From positions 68,260 to 132,259 of the forward strand of contig JBAYIY010000003.1 of NCBI GenBank assembly GCA_041665365.1: a stretch of 64,000 nucleotides of DNA. Direction: 5' to 3'. Every line of letters begins with the position of its first letter. Position 1 is the first letter of the stretch. The translations under genes and the position numbers were made by a program. Source of the stretch: Patescibacteria group bacterium (GTDB lineage Bacteria; Patescibacteriota; Patescibacteriia; UBA9570). Under the pieces are notes generated by a model. That model worked only from the letters and a program-made list of their open reading frames with translations. It was not told where the DNA came from and searched no databases. Shown here one piece after another: positions 10,981-20,749 of this stretch.

Positions 10981-11808
10981 ATGAATATTTTAAAAAAATT
11001 TTATCGAGCTCTCGTGATATTGCACATTTGGACAATAAAACAATATCAAAAAAAAATTGTCACACCTTGTAAGCGTTTAAGGGCGTATTATAAATTTAGA
11101 TTTGTATTTCCTAAGCTTGGAAGCAGTCCCATAAAAGATTTAAATTTATATGAGGCAAAAGTATATTCTCAAAATGGAGAAGATGGAATAATCAAAGCAA
11201 TTTTTCAAAAAATCGGCACAACTAATAAATATGCGGTAGAAATTGGTGTTGAAGATGGCACTGAATGTAACACTCGTTATTTAATTCAAAAAGCTGGTTG
11301 GAAATCATTACAATTAGATGGTTCAGACAATAATTCACCCCAAATCAAACAGGAGTTTATTACAGCGGAAAACATTAATATTTTGTTAAAAAAATATGCT
11401 GTACCAACTGAGTTTGATTTACTATCAGTGGATATCGATTACAATACCTATTGGGTATGGAAGGCGATTGAGCAGTACTCACCTCGCGTTGTGATTGTAG
11501 AATATAACGCAGCCTTTCCACCAACCGAGAGTAAAGCAGTCGAATATGATCCAAATGGAGTGTGGGATAGTACTAATTATTTTGGGGCTAGTTTGTTAGC
11601 TTTTGTGAACCTTGGAAAATTAAAAAATTACACTTTAATTGCTTGTGATAATAGAGGAGTAAATGCTTTTTTTGTGCGCAATGATTTAGCCAATAATTTT
11701 GTTAGCAAAGACATTATTGAGATTTATAAAGCCCCCCAATATGGGCAAAAGGTTAAAGGTAAATATATTGGTAAGCCAGTCAGTAAAAAAAAGATGATGA
11801 CGGTATAA
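10981..11808 (+). CDS. FkbM-like methyltransferase-fold protein
   Basis: YSQNGEDGII, VEIGVEDG.ECNT, DLLSVDID, PRVVIVEYN. Confidence 0.7.
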   Translation: MNILKKFYRALVILHIWTIKQYQKKIVTPCKRLRAYYKFRFVFPKLGSSPIKDLNLYEAKVYSQNGEDGIIKAIFQKIGTTNKYAVEIGVEDGTECNTRYLIQKAGWKSLQLDGSDNNSPQIKQEFITAENINILLKKYAVPTEFDLLSVDIDYNTYWVWKAIEQYSPRVVIVEYNAAFPPTESKAVEYDPNGVWDSTNYFGASLLAFVNLGKLKNYTLIACDNRGVNAFFVRNDLANNFVSKDIIEIYKAPQYGQKVKGKYIGKPVSKKKMMTV

Positions 11809-11828
11809 GTTGTTTTAATACTGTTAGG

Positions 11829-11837
11829 TGCTATAAT
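11829..11837 (+). promoter_or_regulatory. Extended -10 promoter (TGcTATAAT), 6 nt before the neuB-like ATG (leaderless-type)
   Basis: gTGcTATAATgcgatcATG, with no Shine-Dalgarno. Confidence 0.7.
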
Positions 11838-11843
11838 GCGATC

Positions 11844-12887
11844 ATGAGAGAGCTACAAATCGGTCAAACAATCATTAATGATAACAGTGATTGTTTTGTT
11901 ATTGCTGAAATTGGGCATAATCATCAAGGTAATCTAGAAACCTGTAAGTCTATGTTTAAGGCCGCCAAAGAAGCAGGAGCAAGTGCTGTTAAAATTCAAA
12001 AGCGAGATAATAAATTTTTATACACAAAAGATTTTTATAACTCACCATATAATTCAGAAAATGCCTATGCTCCAACCTACGGTGAGCATCGTGATTTTTT
12101 AGAGTTTGGAGAAGCTGAATATCAAGAGCTAAAACGTTACGCCGCAGAATTGGATATTATTTTTTTCGCTACACCTTTTGATGTGCACAGTGTCGAGTTT
12201 ATGGAGAAGTTAGATACTCCGATGTATAAAACAGCCTCAGCCGAGCTAACCAATATTCCATTCTTAGAATATGTTGCCAAAAAAGGTAAGCCGATGATTA
12301 TTAGTACTGGAGCAGCTACGATGGAGGATGTTGAGCGCGCCTATAATGCTGTGACCGCGATAAATAAAAATGTTGCTTTATTACAATGCACGGCTACCTA
12401 CCCAACACCACCAGAAGTAATCAATTTACGTGTGTTAGAGACGTATCGGAAAAAATTTCCGGATGCAGTAGTTGGTTTATCAACTCATTTTAGTGGCATT
12501 GTCATGGGTCCGGTAATGTATACCTTAGGCGGTCGTATTATTGAACAACATTTCACCATTAACCGCGCCATGAAGGGGACGGATCAAGCTTTTTCATTGG
12601 AACCAGTCGGATTAAGCAAAATGATTCGTGATATGAAACGAACGCGCTTAGCCTTGGGTGATGGTAAAAAAGTATTATTGGATGCGGAAATTCCTGCTAG
12701 TATTAAGATGGCCAAAAAAATTGTGGCCGCTAAAAATTTACCGGCTGGTCATGTTCTAACTGAAGCTGATTTAGCTTTCAAATCTCCCGGTGATGGCTTA
12801 AAACCATACCATGCTCAAGAATTATATGGCAAGACTTTGAAAGTACCTTTGCAGGAAGATGAAGAATTGTCTCTCGATCATGTCTAA
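11844..12887 (+). CDS. neuB: NeuB-family (PEP-dependent) ulosonic-acid synthase with C-terminal SAF domain
   Basis: VIAEIGHNHQG, AVKIQKR, KPMIISTG, LLQCTATYP, IIEQHFT..R...GTD, and C-terminal KSPGDGL. Confidence 0.93.
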   Translation: MRELQIGQTIINDNSDCFVIAEIGHNHQGNLETCKSMFKAAKEAGASAVKIQKRDNKFLYTKDFYNSPYNSENAYAPTYGEHRDFLEFGEAEYQELKRYAAELDIIFFATPFDVHSVEFMEKLDTPMYKTASAELTNIPFLEYVAKKGKPMIISTGAATMEDVERAYNAVTAINKNVALLQCTATYPTPPEVINLRVLETYRKKFPDAVVGLSTHFSGIVMGPVMYTLGGRIIEQHFTINRAMKGTDQAFSLEPVGLSKMIRDMKRTRLALGDGKKVLLDAEIPASIKMAKKIVAAKNLPAGHVLTEADLAFKSPGDGLKPYHAQELYGKTLKVPLQEDEELSLDHV

Positions 12888-13383
12888 GGCATTACCACAG
12901 CTTGCAACTACTACCAAGACTAAATTAGTCGTGTTTGATTTCGACGGTGTGTTTACAGATAATACAGTTTGGACAGATCAACATGGCAATGAATCGGTGC
13001 GGTGCTGGCGCAGTGATGGGCTTGGCTTAGTAAAACTTAAAAATCTTGGAATAAAAATTTATGTTCTGTCCACCGAAGAAAATCCAGTTGTAGCAGCACG
13101 GTGCAAAAAATTGAAAATACCGTGTATACCTGGTGTGAATGATAAAAAAGCGGCTTTGCTTAAATTGATGACAGATCAGGGGGTATCATCTGACAATACA
13201 ATTTATGTTGGTAATGACATTAATGATGTCGAGTGTTTAACCTTAGTTGATTGCTCCATTGTCGTAGCTGATGCTTATCCGGCAGCACTTAAAGTGGCGA
13301 AATATCGAACCACTAAGCCAGGTGGTTATGGTGCAGTGAGAGAGATTTGTGATTGGATAAATAATAATTATGGAAAAAAATAA
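12880..13383 (+). CDS. KdsC-type HAD sugar-phosphate phosphatase
   Basis: VFDFDGVFTD, SDGLG, YVGNDIND, GGYGAVREIC. Start at the ATG at 12880, overlapping the neuB stop. Confidence 0.9.
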   Translation: MSKALPQLATTTKTKLVVFDFDGVFTDNTVWTDQHGNESVRCWRSDGLGLVKLKNLGIKIYVLSTEENPVVAARCKKLKIPCIPGVNDKKAALLKLMTDQGVSSDNTIYVGNDINDVECLTLVDCSIVVADAYPAALKVAKYRTTKPGGYGAVREICDWINNNYGKK

Positions 13384-14119
13384 TATATTTTCATTAGTAG
13401 GTAAAGTGGCCGTTGTTACCGGAGCCAAAGGAAAATTAGGTCGAGTTTGGGTTGAAACTCTTAAGCAAGCCGGTGCTAAAGTGGCTGAGCTTGATTTACC
13501 TGAAGCTGATGTTACTAACAAAGCCTCCCTCGAGGTGGCTCGCCAAATGATTGAAGCCGATCTTGGTGTGGTAGATATTTTGATCAACAACGCTGGTATC
13601 GATCAACCACCTAACCAACCAACGAAAACATTTTTATTAGAAGATTTTTCTGGAGATATTTTTAAACAGGTGTTAGATGTTAACGTAGTAGGAGCATTTT
13701 ATTGTATGCAAGTTTTTGGTAAGAGTATGGTACAACAACAACATGGTTCCATTATTAATATTGGTTCTTTGTATGCTTCAGTTTCACCTGATGCGCGGTT
13801 TTATGATCACTTAAAAAATGATCCACCTTTTTTAAAGCCACCTGTCTATGGAGCGTCGAAAGCCGCTTTAGTTCAATTAACTAAATATTTTGCTACTCAT
13901 TGGGGTGATTACAATGTTCGGGTTAATACTTTGTCACCAGGTGGAATTGAGGGAGGGCAAGACAGTGAGTTTAAACGTAAATTTAATGAGCGTGTGCCGC
14001 TGGGTCGAATGGGTAGCACAACTGATCTGGTTGGACCGCTCCTTTTTCTTGCTTCAGATGCTTCTGGTTATATGACCGGCCAAGAATTGATTATCGACGG
14101 TGGCTTTACGGCTTGGTAG
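13370..14119 (+). CDS. SDR-family oxidoreductase
   Basis: VTGAKGKLG, NNAG, YGASK, VRVNTLSPGG, DGG. Confidence 0.95.
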   Translation: MEKNNIFSLVGKVAVVTGAKGKLGRVWVETLKQAGAKVAELDLPEADVTNKASLEVARQMIEADLGVVDILINNAGIDQPPNQPTKTFLLEDFSGDIFKQVLDVNVVGAFYCMQVFGKSMVQQQHGSIINIGSLYASVSPDARFYDHLKNDPPFLKPPVYGASKAALVQLTKYFATHWGDYNVRVNTLSPGGIEGGQDSEFKRKFNERVPLGRMGSTTDLVGPLLFLASDASGYMTGQELIIDGGFTAW

Positions 14120-14142
14120 AAAATTGATACAGTAGAGCCCTT

Positions 14143-15582
14143 ATGGCGTACCCCAAGATGGTGCAACACTGGATCAATAACCAGATAGCTACCAGTACCA
14201 CTGGTCAATTTTATGATAAGTTAAATCCGGCCACAGGAGCATCATTAGCTCAGGTAACACGGGGTGGAGCCGTAGACGTAGCATTGGCCGTGCAGGCTGC
14301 TTTGGCAGCAACCAAACAGTGGCAGGAAACTAGTATTATGCAGCGCGCTGAGTTATTACGGGCGGTGGCTCAACTCATTCAACAGCGCAGTGCCGAAATT
14401 GCCGAGATTGTTAATTTGGAGACAGGTAAGTCGATAGTTGATGCGACCGGAGAAGCAAAAGCAGCTATGGAAATGGGGTTTTTTGTGGCCGGTGAAGGAC
14501 GCCGCTATTATGGTAAAACTACTACCAGTAGTATGCCGCACCGTACGGCTATGATTGTGCGCCAGCCAATTGGAGTATGTGGTTTAATTATTGCCGCCAA
14601 CACTCCATTGCCGAATGTGGCTTGGAAAGCATTTCCAGCCTTGCTGTGTGGTAACACTGTAGTACTAAAACCATCTGAGGATATTCCATATACAGCTATT
14701 TGGTTCGCTGAATTACTCAAAGAGGTAGGTATACCGGCTGGCGTGTTTAATGTGGTTCAAGGCTTTGGTACGGAAGTTGGCGTACCGCTTGTGGCAGATG
14801 AGCGTGTGAAATTAATTAGTTTCACTGGTTCGGTACCAGTTGGAAAACAAATCAACAAAATTGCCGGTGAACGCTTGGCAAAAGTTTGTTTAGAATTAGG
14901 CGGTAAAAACCCCTTTGTGGTTTGTGATGATGCCGATTTGGAAGCGGCGGCAGATTTTGCGGTGCAGTCAGCTTTTTCTAATGCTGGTCAACGGTGTGCC
15001 GCCGGTAGTCGTATTATCGTGTTTGCATCTGTTTATGATAAATTTAAAACTCTATTTCTCGAACAAGCTAAACGGTATAGCACTGGCCCAGTGATAAATG
15101 AGAAGCAGTTAAATAACATGGCGGCAGCGGTTGAACGGGCAGTAGAGGCTGGTGCTACGTTATTGTTGGGTGGGAAAAGATTAACCGATAGCGAACATGT
15201 TTCTGGATTTTATTATGCACCAACTATTTTAGAAGGAGCTAAACCAACTGATGCTATTTCTTGCGCAGAATTATTCGGACCGATTACTGTTTTATATCAA
15301 GTAAATAATTTTCAGGAAGCACTAGATTTAGCTAATAGCACTGAGTTTGCCTTAACGGCTGCCGTTCATACCAGCTCAATTCATCGCAGCCAAGAATTTC
15401 AAGATAAATGTGTGGCGGGTGTTATTTCAGTGAATGGGCCATCACATGGCAGCGAACCACATTTACCCTTTGGTGGAGAAAAGAATTCTGGCACTGGTTG
15501 GCGAGAAGCCGGTACTGAGGCGTTAGATGTCTATTCCGATTGGAAAACAGTTTATATTAAACATAATCCCAGTCATGTTTAG
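14143..15582 (+). CDS. NAD(P)-dependent aldehyde dehydrogenase
   Basis: VLKPSE, FTGS, LELGGKNP, catalytic AGQRC, ELFGP, PFGG.K.SG.G.E. Confidence 0.95.
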   Translation: MAYPKMVQHWINNQIATSTTGQFYDKLNPATGASLAQVTRGGAVDVALAVQAALAATKQWQETSIMQRAELLRAVAQLIQQRSAEIAEIVNLETGKSIVDATGEAKAAMEMGFFVAGEGRRYYGKTTTSSMPHRTAMIVRQPIGVCGLIIAANTPLPNVAWKAFPALLCGNTVVLKPSEDIPYTAIWFAELLKEVGIPAGVFNVVQGFGTEVGVPLVADERVKLISFTGSVPVGKQINKIAGERLAKVCLELGGKNPFVVCDDADLEAAADFAVQSAFSNAGQRCAAGSRIIVFASVYDKFKTLFLEQAKRYSTGPVINEKQLNNMAAAVERAVEAGATLLLGGKRLTDSEHVSGFYYAPTILEGAKPTDAISCAELFGPITVLYQVNNFQEALDLANSTEFALTAAVHTSSIHRSQEFQDKCVAGVISVNGPSHGSEPHLPFGGEKNSGTGWREAGTEALDVYSDWKTVYIKHNPSHV

Positions 15583-16297
15583 TTGTGTTGCTCTCATTCC
15601 CGCTCGAGCTGGTTCAAAGCGCGTAGCAAATAAAAATGTTAAGTTGCTCAATGGACATCCTTTGTTGGCTTATACTATTGTTGCAGCTAAACAAGCTGGC
15701 ATATTTACTGATGTTATAGTGTCTACTGATAGTAAAGATATTGCAAAAATAGCAGAACAGTATGGGGCAACTGTATTTGGGCTACGTCCTGCTGAATTAG
15801 CAACGGATAACTCGCCTGATATAAAATGGGTGCAATATGTTTTAAAACAGTTAATGAAACCGACCGATGCTTTTGCCATACTACGTCCTACTAGCCCATT
15901 TCGGCAGGTCAATACCATTCAACGCGCTTGGCAAGAGTTTTCTACTAAACACGTTGATTCTATTCGAGCAGTAGAATTATGCAAACAACATCCCGCTAAA
16001 ATGTGGCGCGTAGTTGATGATCAGATGGAACCAATTATGAGTAATCCAGATTTAACCGCGACACCCTGGCATAGTTCACCCTATCAAACTTTGCCAAAAG
16101 TGTATGCGCAAAATGCCAGTTTAGAAATAGCTTGGTGTCGTATACCACTAGAACAAGGTACTATTTCTGGTAAGTTTATTGCACCATTTTTTACTACTGG
16201 TTATGATGGTTTTGATATTAATTTGCCAGAGGATTGGGTCGTGGCCGAGTATTTAATTAAACAACACTTAGTTACTTTACCAAATATAGTGCTATGA
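15575..16297 (+). CDS. neuA: CMP-ulosonate synthetase (NeuA-like cytidylyltransferase)
   Basis: IPARAGSKRV..KN, VSTDS, LRPTSPFR, DIN...D. Start at the ATG at 15575. Confidence 0.92.
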   Translation: MFSCVALIPARAGSKRVANKNVKLLNGHPLLAYTIVAAKQAGIFTDVIVSTDSKDIAKIAEQYGATVFGLRPAELATDNSPDIKWVQYVLKQLMKPTDAFAILRPTSPFRQVNTIQRAWQEFSTKHVDSIRAVELCKQHPAKMWRVVDDQMEPIMSNPDLTATPWHSSPYQTLPKVYAQNASLEIAWCRIPLEQGTISGKFIAPFFTTGYDGFDINLPEDWVVAEYLIKQHLVTLPNIVL

Positions 16298-18135
16298 AAT
16301 TATCATTCGTGCCATTATCCGAAATTCAGCGTTTACGGCGAACTATTACTGACCCTGTAAAACAAGTTAGGGTGCTCGCTACAGTGTTTCGCATCAATAC
16401 ACTGTATATGATCGCCCAAGCTGGTTCTGGGCATATTGGTTCCAGTTTTAGTGCCATGGATATAGTAACGTGGTTGCATCTCAATGTGCTGGGAAAAGAC
16501 GATGTCTATTTTTCATCGAAAGGTCATGATGCTCCGGGGTTGTACTCTATTTTATTAGGTTTAGAAAAAATACCCTTCGAAAAAATTCATACCCTAAGAC
16601 GGTTAGGTGGTTTGCCCGGTCATCCTGATATTGTGAATACACCTTGTATAGTAACTAACACTGGTTCATTAGGTATGGGAATTGCCAAAGCCAGAGGTAT
16701 GGCTTTAGCTAGACGCTTAAACAAACGGCCAGGCAGATTTTTTGTGCTCACAGGGGATGGTGAATTACAAGAAGGACAGAATTGGGAATCTTTACAACCG
16801 ACTGCTAATGGGCATTATGGAGAAATTACCGTGATCGTGGATCATAATAAAATGCAATCGGATACTTGGGTAAAAAAAGTGAGTGATCTTGGTAATTTGG
16901 AAAAAAAGTTTGCGGCTTTTGGTTGGGAAGTAGCCAGAATTGATGGCCATAATTTGTTACAATTTTCTGAAACTTTAGAGCGATTTAATAATATCACTGA
17001 CAAACCTAAAGTTATTATTGCTGACACTATCAAGGGTAAAGGAGTAAGCTTCATGGAAGGCAACTCATTAGGCGAAGATGAACTGTATAAGTTTCATAGT
17101 GGTGCACCCAGTGCCGATAACTACGCTAAGGCTTTAACTGAATTACTAAAACAAGTGGAAGTGACAGATTTAGTTTTAGAACAACGTGAGGCTTTAGCAA
17201 AATATACCACCAGCTCTCAACCGCAGAAATTGATATCAGCCTATGGTGCTGAACTTAAAACTATTGGTGATGAACACGCAGAAGTTGTAGTGTTAGATGC
17301 AGATCTAATGTTAGACACCGGTTTGATTCCGTTTAAAGAAGCACATCCTGACCGTTTTGTTGAATGTGGCATTGCTGAACAAGATATGGTGTCTTTGGCC
17401 GGGGGCTTAGCTTTATCTGGCAAATTACCTATCGTGCATTCTTTTGCCTGTTTTTTATCAACTCGACCCAATGAACAGATTTATAATAATGCCACAGAAG
17501 AAACTAAAATTATTTACGCTGGTTCATTGGCTGGAATATTGCCAGCCGGACCAGGCCACTCGCACCAATCAGTGCGCGACATTTCTATATTAGGCTCCAT
17601 TCCCGGCTTAACATTAATTGCACCGAGTTGCGAACAAGAAGTGCGTTTAACTTTACGCTGGGCTGTAGAAAAAAATCCACTCAGTACTTATATTCGTTTA
17701 GAAAGTTTACCAATTGATTTACCATTTTCATTGCCGAAAAGTTATTCATTGCAAGTTGGCTTGGGTCAAACCATTTATTCCGGCCATGATATTGCCCTAG
17801 TAGGGTATGGTCCAACTCTGTTGAAACAAGCTTATTTAGCGGCTCAACAATTAGCCAAAGAAAATATTAGTGTGGCGGTATATGACTTTCCATGGCTAAA
17901 TAATATTAGTGATAAATTTATTACAGAGTTGTGTAAATATCAGACGGTGTTAACCTTGGATAATCATTATCTACAATTTAGCCAAGGTATGATGATTCGA
18001 GCGCATGTACCTCAAGCTGTTAGTCTTGGTCTGACTGACGTGCCGGTCTGTGGCCAAAATGATGAGGTGTTAACAAATTCTGGTTTAGACATCAGTAGTA
18101 TAATAAATGTCGTTAAAACACATAGTAAAAAATAA
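16294..18135 (+). CDS. Transketolase-family ThDP enzyme (fused N- and C-domains)
   Basis: SGHIG, SKGH, TGSLGMG, ThDP motif GDGELQEG...DHN, ECGIAEQ, GHSHQ. Confidence 0.92.
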   Translation: MKLSFVPLSEIQRLRRTITDPVKQVRVLATVFRINTLYMIAQAGSGHIGSSFSAMDIVTWLHLNVLGKDDVYFSSKGHDAPGLYSILLGLEKIPFEKIHTLRRLGGLPGHPDIVNTPCIVTNTGSLGMGIAKARGMALARRLNKRPGRFFVLTGDGELQEGQNWESLQPTANGHYGEITVIVDHNKMQSDTWVKKVSDLGNLEKKFAAFGWEVARIDGHNLLQFSETLERFNNITDKPKVIIADTIKGKGVSFMEGNSLGEDELYKFHSGAPSADNYAKALTELLKQVEVTDLVLEQREALAKYTTSSQPQKLISAYGAELKTIGDEHAEVVVLDADLMLDTGLIPFKEAHPDRFVECGIAEQDMVSLAGGLALSGKLPIVHSFACFLSTRPNEQIYNNATEETKIIYAGSLAGILPAGPGHSHQSVRDISILGSIPGLTLIAPSCEQEVRLTLRWAVEKNPLSTYIRLESLPIDLPFSLPKSYSLQVGLGQTIYSGHDIALVGYGPTLLKQAYLAAQQLAKENISVAVYDFPWLNNISDKFITELCKYQTVLTLDNHYLQFSQGMMIRAHVPQAVSLGLTDVPVCGQNDEVLTNSGLDISSIINVVKTHSKK

Positions 18136-18137
18136 AT

Positions 18138-19796
18138 ATGCCATTATGGCGCCACATTTTAAGAGGTGGGATATTAGATAACATTTATAATTGGCGTCAT
18201 TTGAGTGCCGCTTTACAACAGTCATCTGCACAGGCTCAGACCAATCACTCTCCGCGGATATTACTAGCACCCAACGTGTACTGGGAACAGTTTATCAACA
18301 TGTATACATTATTGGCTGCGGCTTTGCGCTTGCGTGGTGCCCAAGTTGATGTGTTTTACGATGATATTCTTCCCGCCTGTGAAAAATGTACATACCATAA
18401 CAATGTGCATCATTTGGGGAGACATAAATTTGACCCAATTCGAATGCGTTGGATATGGAAACCGCTGGGCGTTAAATTATTACCTATTAGTCAGTTTTTA
18501 GATCAGGCGCAAATTAAGCAAGCAAAAAAACTTTCTAACGAAATACCTTTTTCGGAAATCGCAACAGTACAATTAGATAAAGTTAAAATCGGTGAGCATG
18601 CTTATGCTGGAGCGTTGCGGTATTTTGCGACAGGAACCTTAGATGGTCAGCCCAAGGCTGAACATGTTTTACGTCAATACTTATTAAGTGCCCTGTTAAT
18701 GAAATTTGCCACAGAGCGGTTGTTTAGTGAAAAACAGTACGATGTTGCCTGTTTTCATCATGGTATTTATGTACCCCAAGGTATTCTTGGAGAAGTGGCG
18801 CGTGCCAAGAAAATACGCGTAGTTAATTGGAATGTAGCCTATCGAGAAAAATGCTTTATTTTTTCTCATAATGATACCTATCACCATACATTATTAGATG
18901 AACCCACTAGTTGTTGGGAAAATATTTCTTGGACTGAAACTTTAGACAATAAAATTACGCAATATTTGGACAGTCGTCATACTGGCAGTAAAGATTGGAT
19001 TAGTTTCAATCGCTCACCGATAGAAAATACTAAAATAATTATTGATCAATTAAAAATTGATCCAAATAAACCAATCATTGTTTTATTAACCAATGTCATT
19101 TGGGATGCCCAGTTGCATTATAAAACCAACATTTATCCTAATATGATTGCTTGGGTTAATGATACCATTACATATTTTTCGAAACGGCCTGATTTACAAT
19201 TAGTTATTAGAATTCATCCGGCTGAAAAAAAGGGAACAATTCCATCACGGCAACCAATGTTAGCTGAAATAAACAAGGTTTTTCCTGTTCTACCAAAAAA
19301 TGTTGTGGTCATACCGCCAGATAGTTCGATTAGTACTTATGTAATTAGTAATTTGTGTAATGCTGCTATTATTTATGGTACTAAAACTGGCGTAGAGTTG
19401 GTGAGTAGCGGTATTCCAACCATTGTGGCTGGTGAGGCTTGGATTAAGCAAAAAGGTTTAACCATGGATCCGACAAGTGTTGCCGAGTATCATACGTTAT
19501 TAGATACATTACCCCTGTCCGGTAAACTTGACGTTGCTACAATAAAACGTGCGAAACAATATGCTTATCATTTTTTCTACCGGCGCATGATTCCAATTAA
19601 GTGTATTCAGTCTGGTAAGTTGATATTCTTTAAATTACATATCAACAGTTTGGGTGATTTGTTACCCGGAGCCGACCCTGGTTTAGATGTTATTTGTCGG
19701 GGGATTCTTACAGGAGATCCATTTATATATCCTGATGAAGAGATTAATGCTACAGCATCAGAAGGTCAGTCCACAGCCTGGCTAGACATGCGTTAA
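18138..19796 (+). CDS. Capsule-biosynthesis (KpsS-like) protein, putative CMP-ulosonate transferase
   Basis: C-terminal WDAQ...LVIRIHP...YGTKTGVE pattern, directly downstream of neuB/neuA. Confidence 0.65.
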   Translation: MPLWRHILRGGILDNIYNWRHLSAALQQSSAQAQTNHSPRILLAPNVYWEQFINMYTLLAAALRLRGAQVDVFYDDILPACEKCTYHNNVHHLGRHKFDPIRMRWIWKPLGVKLLPISQFLDQAQIKQAKKLSNEIPFSEIATVQLDKVKIGEHAYAGALRYFATGTLDGQPKAEHVLRQYLLSALLMKFATERLFSEKQYDVACFHHGIYVPQGILGEVARAKKIRVVNWNVAYREKCFIFSHNDTYHHTLLDEPTSCWENISWTETLDNKITQYLDSRHTGSKDWISFNRSPIENTKIIIDQLKIDPNKPIIVLLTNVIWDAQLHYKTNIYPNMIAWVNDTITYFSKRPDLQLVIRIHPAEKKGTIPSRQPMLAEINKVFPVLPKNVVVIPPDSSISTYVISNLCNAAIIYGTKTGVELVSSGIPTIVAGEAWIKQKGLTMDPTSVAEYHTLLDTLPLSGKLDVATIKRAKQYAYHFFYRRMIPIKCIQSGKLIFFKLHINSLGDLLPGADPGLDVICRGILTGDPFIYPDEEINATASEGQSTAWLDMR

Positions 19797-19822
19797 ATAA
19801 ACCTGTAATGTACTAAATTATT

Positions 19823-20638
19823 ATGAATAAAATCTATAAATTACTTTACCTCTTACGCGGTCGAAAACCATGGACATTAGGCTATGTACCATATAAAGAG
19901 GAAAAAATTGCCACTGCCTTGGCCGATGTAACTTTACTGGACAGGTTTGTTAATAGACAACCTTTACCGCCTGAGTTTGCTCAAAGATTGGATGAGCGTT
20001 TAGTCGAGTTTCCTTGGTTGATGTCTAGTTTGCCAAAAGAATCAGGAAAATTATTGGATGCCGGATCAACTATTAATCATTCGTACATTATCAACCAAAC
20101 AGTTTTGCAGAACAAAGATATAACAATAATGACATTAGCACCTGAAGATAAGAGTTTCTGGCAGAAACGAATTTCATATATCTACGGTGATTTACGCAAT
20201 GCTCCATTACGTGACAATTGGTTTGATAGTGTTACTTGTATTTCAACACTAGAACATGTTGGTATGGATAATTCCATTTACACGGCTGATAAACAATATC
20301 ATCAATCCGACACCACTTCTCATTTGAAAGTGATTGCTGAATTACAGCGCATGCTTAAGCCAGGAGGTAGATTATATTTAACTGTACCGTATGGTCTGTT
20401 TAAAGTAATGGGTTTTCAGCAAGTGTTTAATGCCGAAATGGTACAGAACGTTATCAAACAATTTGGTGGCAAAGTTATTGAGGAGACTTATTTTAAATAT
20501 ACAGTTGATGGTTGGCAATTAGCTCAAGCTGCAGACTGTGCTTCAATGGATTATTTTGATATCCATGTTACTAAACAATATGATGCCGATTATGCCGCCG
20601 CCGCTCGCGCCGTGGCTTGTTTAATCTTGGAAAAATAA
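19823..20638 (+). CDS. Class I SAM-dependent methyltransferase
   Basis: LLDAGS, GDLR..P, CISTLEHVG, LKPGG.L.LTVP. Confidence 0.88.
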   Translation: MNKIYKLLYLLRGRKPWTLGYVPYKEEKIATALADVTLLDRFVNRQPLPPEFAQRLDERLVEFPWLMSSLPKESGKLLDAGSTINHSYIINQTVLQNKDITIMTLAPEDKSFWQKRISYIYGDLRNAPLRDNWFDSVTCISTLEHVGMDNSIYTADKQYHQSDTTSHLKVIAELQRMLKPGGRLYLTVPYGLFKVMGFQQVFNAEMVQNVIKQFGGKVIEETYFKYTVDGWQLAQAADCASMDYFDIHVTKQYDADYAAAARAVACLILEK

Positions 20639-20749
20639 TGAAATTTATACAAACCTACTTATTTGGTCATCATTAAAAACGATCACATAATCACTAATAC
20701 TTGGCAGTTTGGTTTAAATAATTCGATTATTACTAAGAAGTAAAATAAA

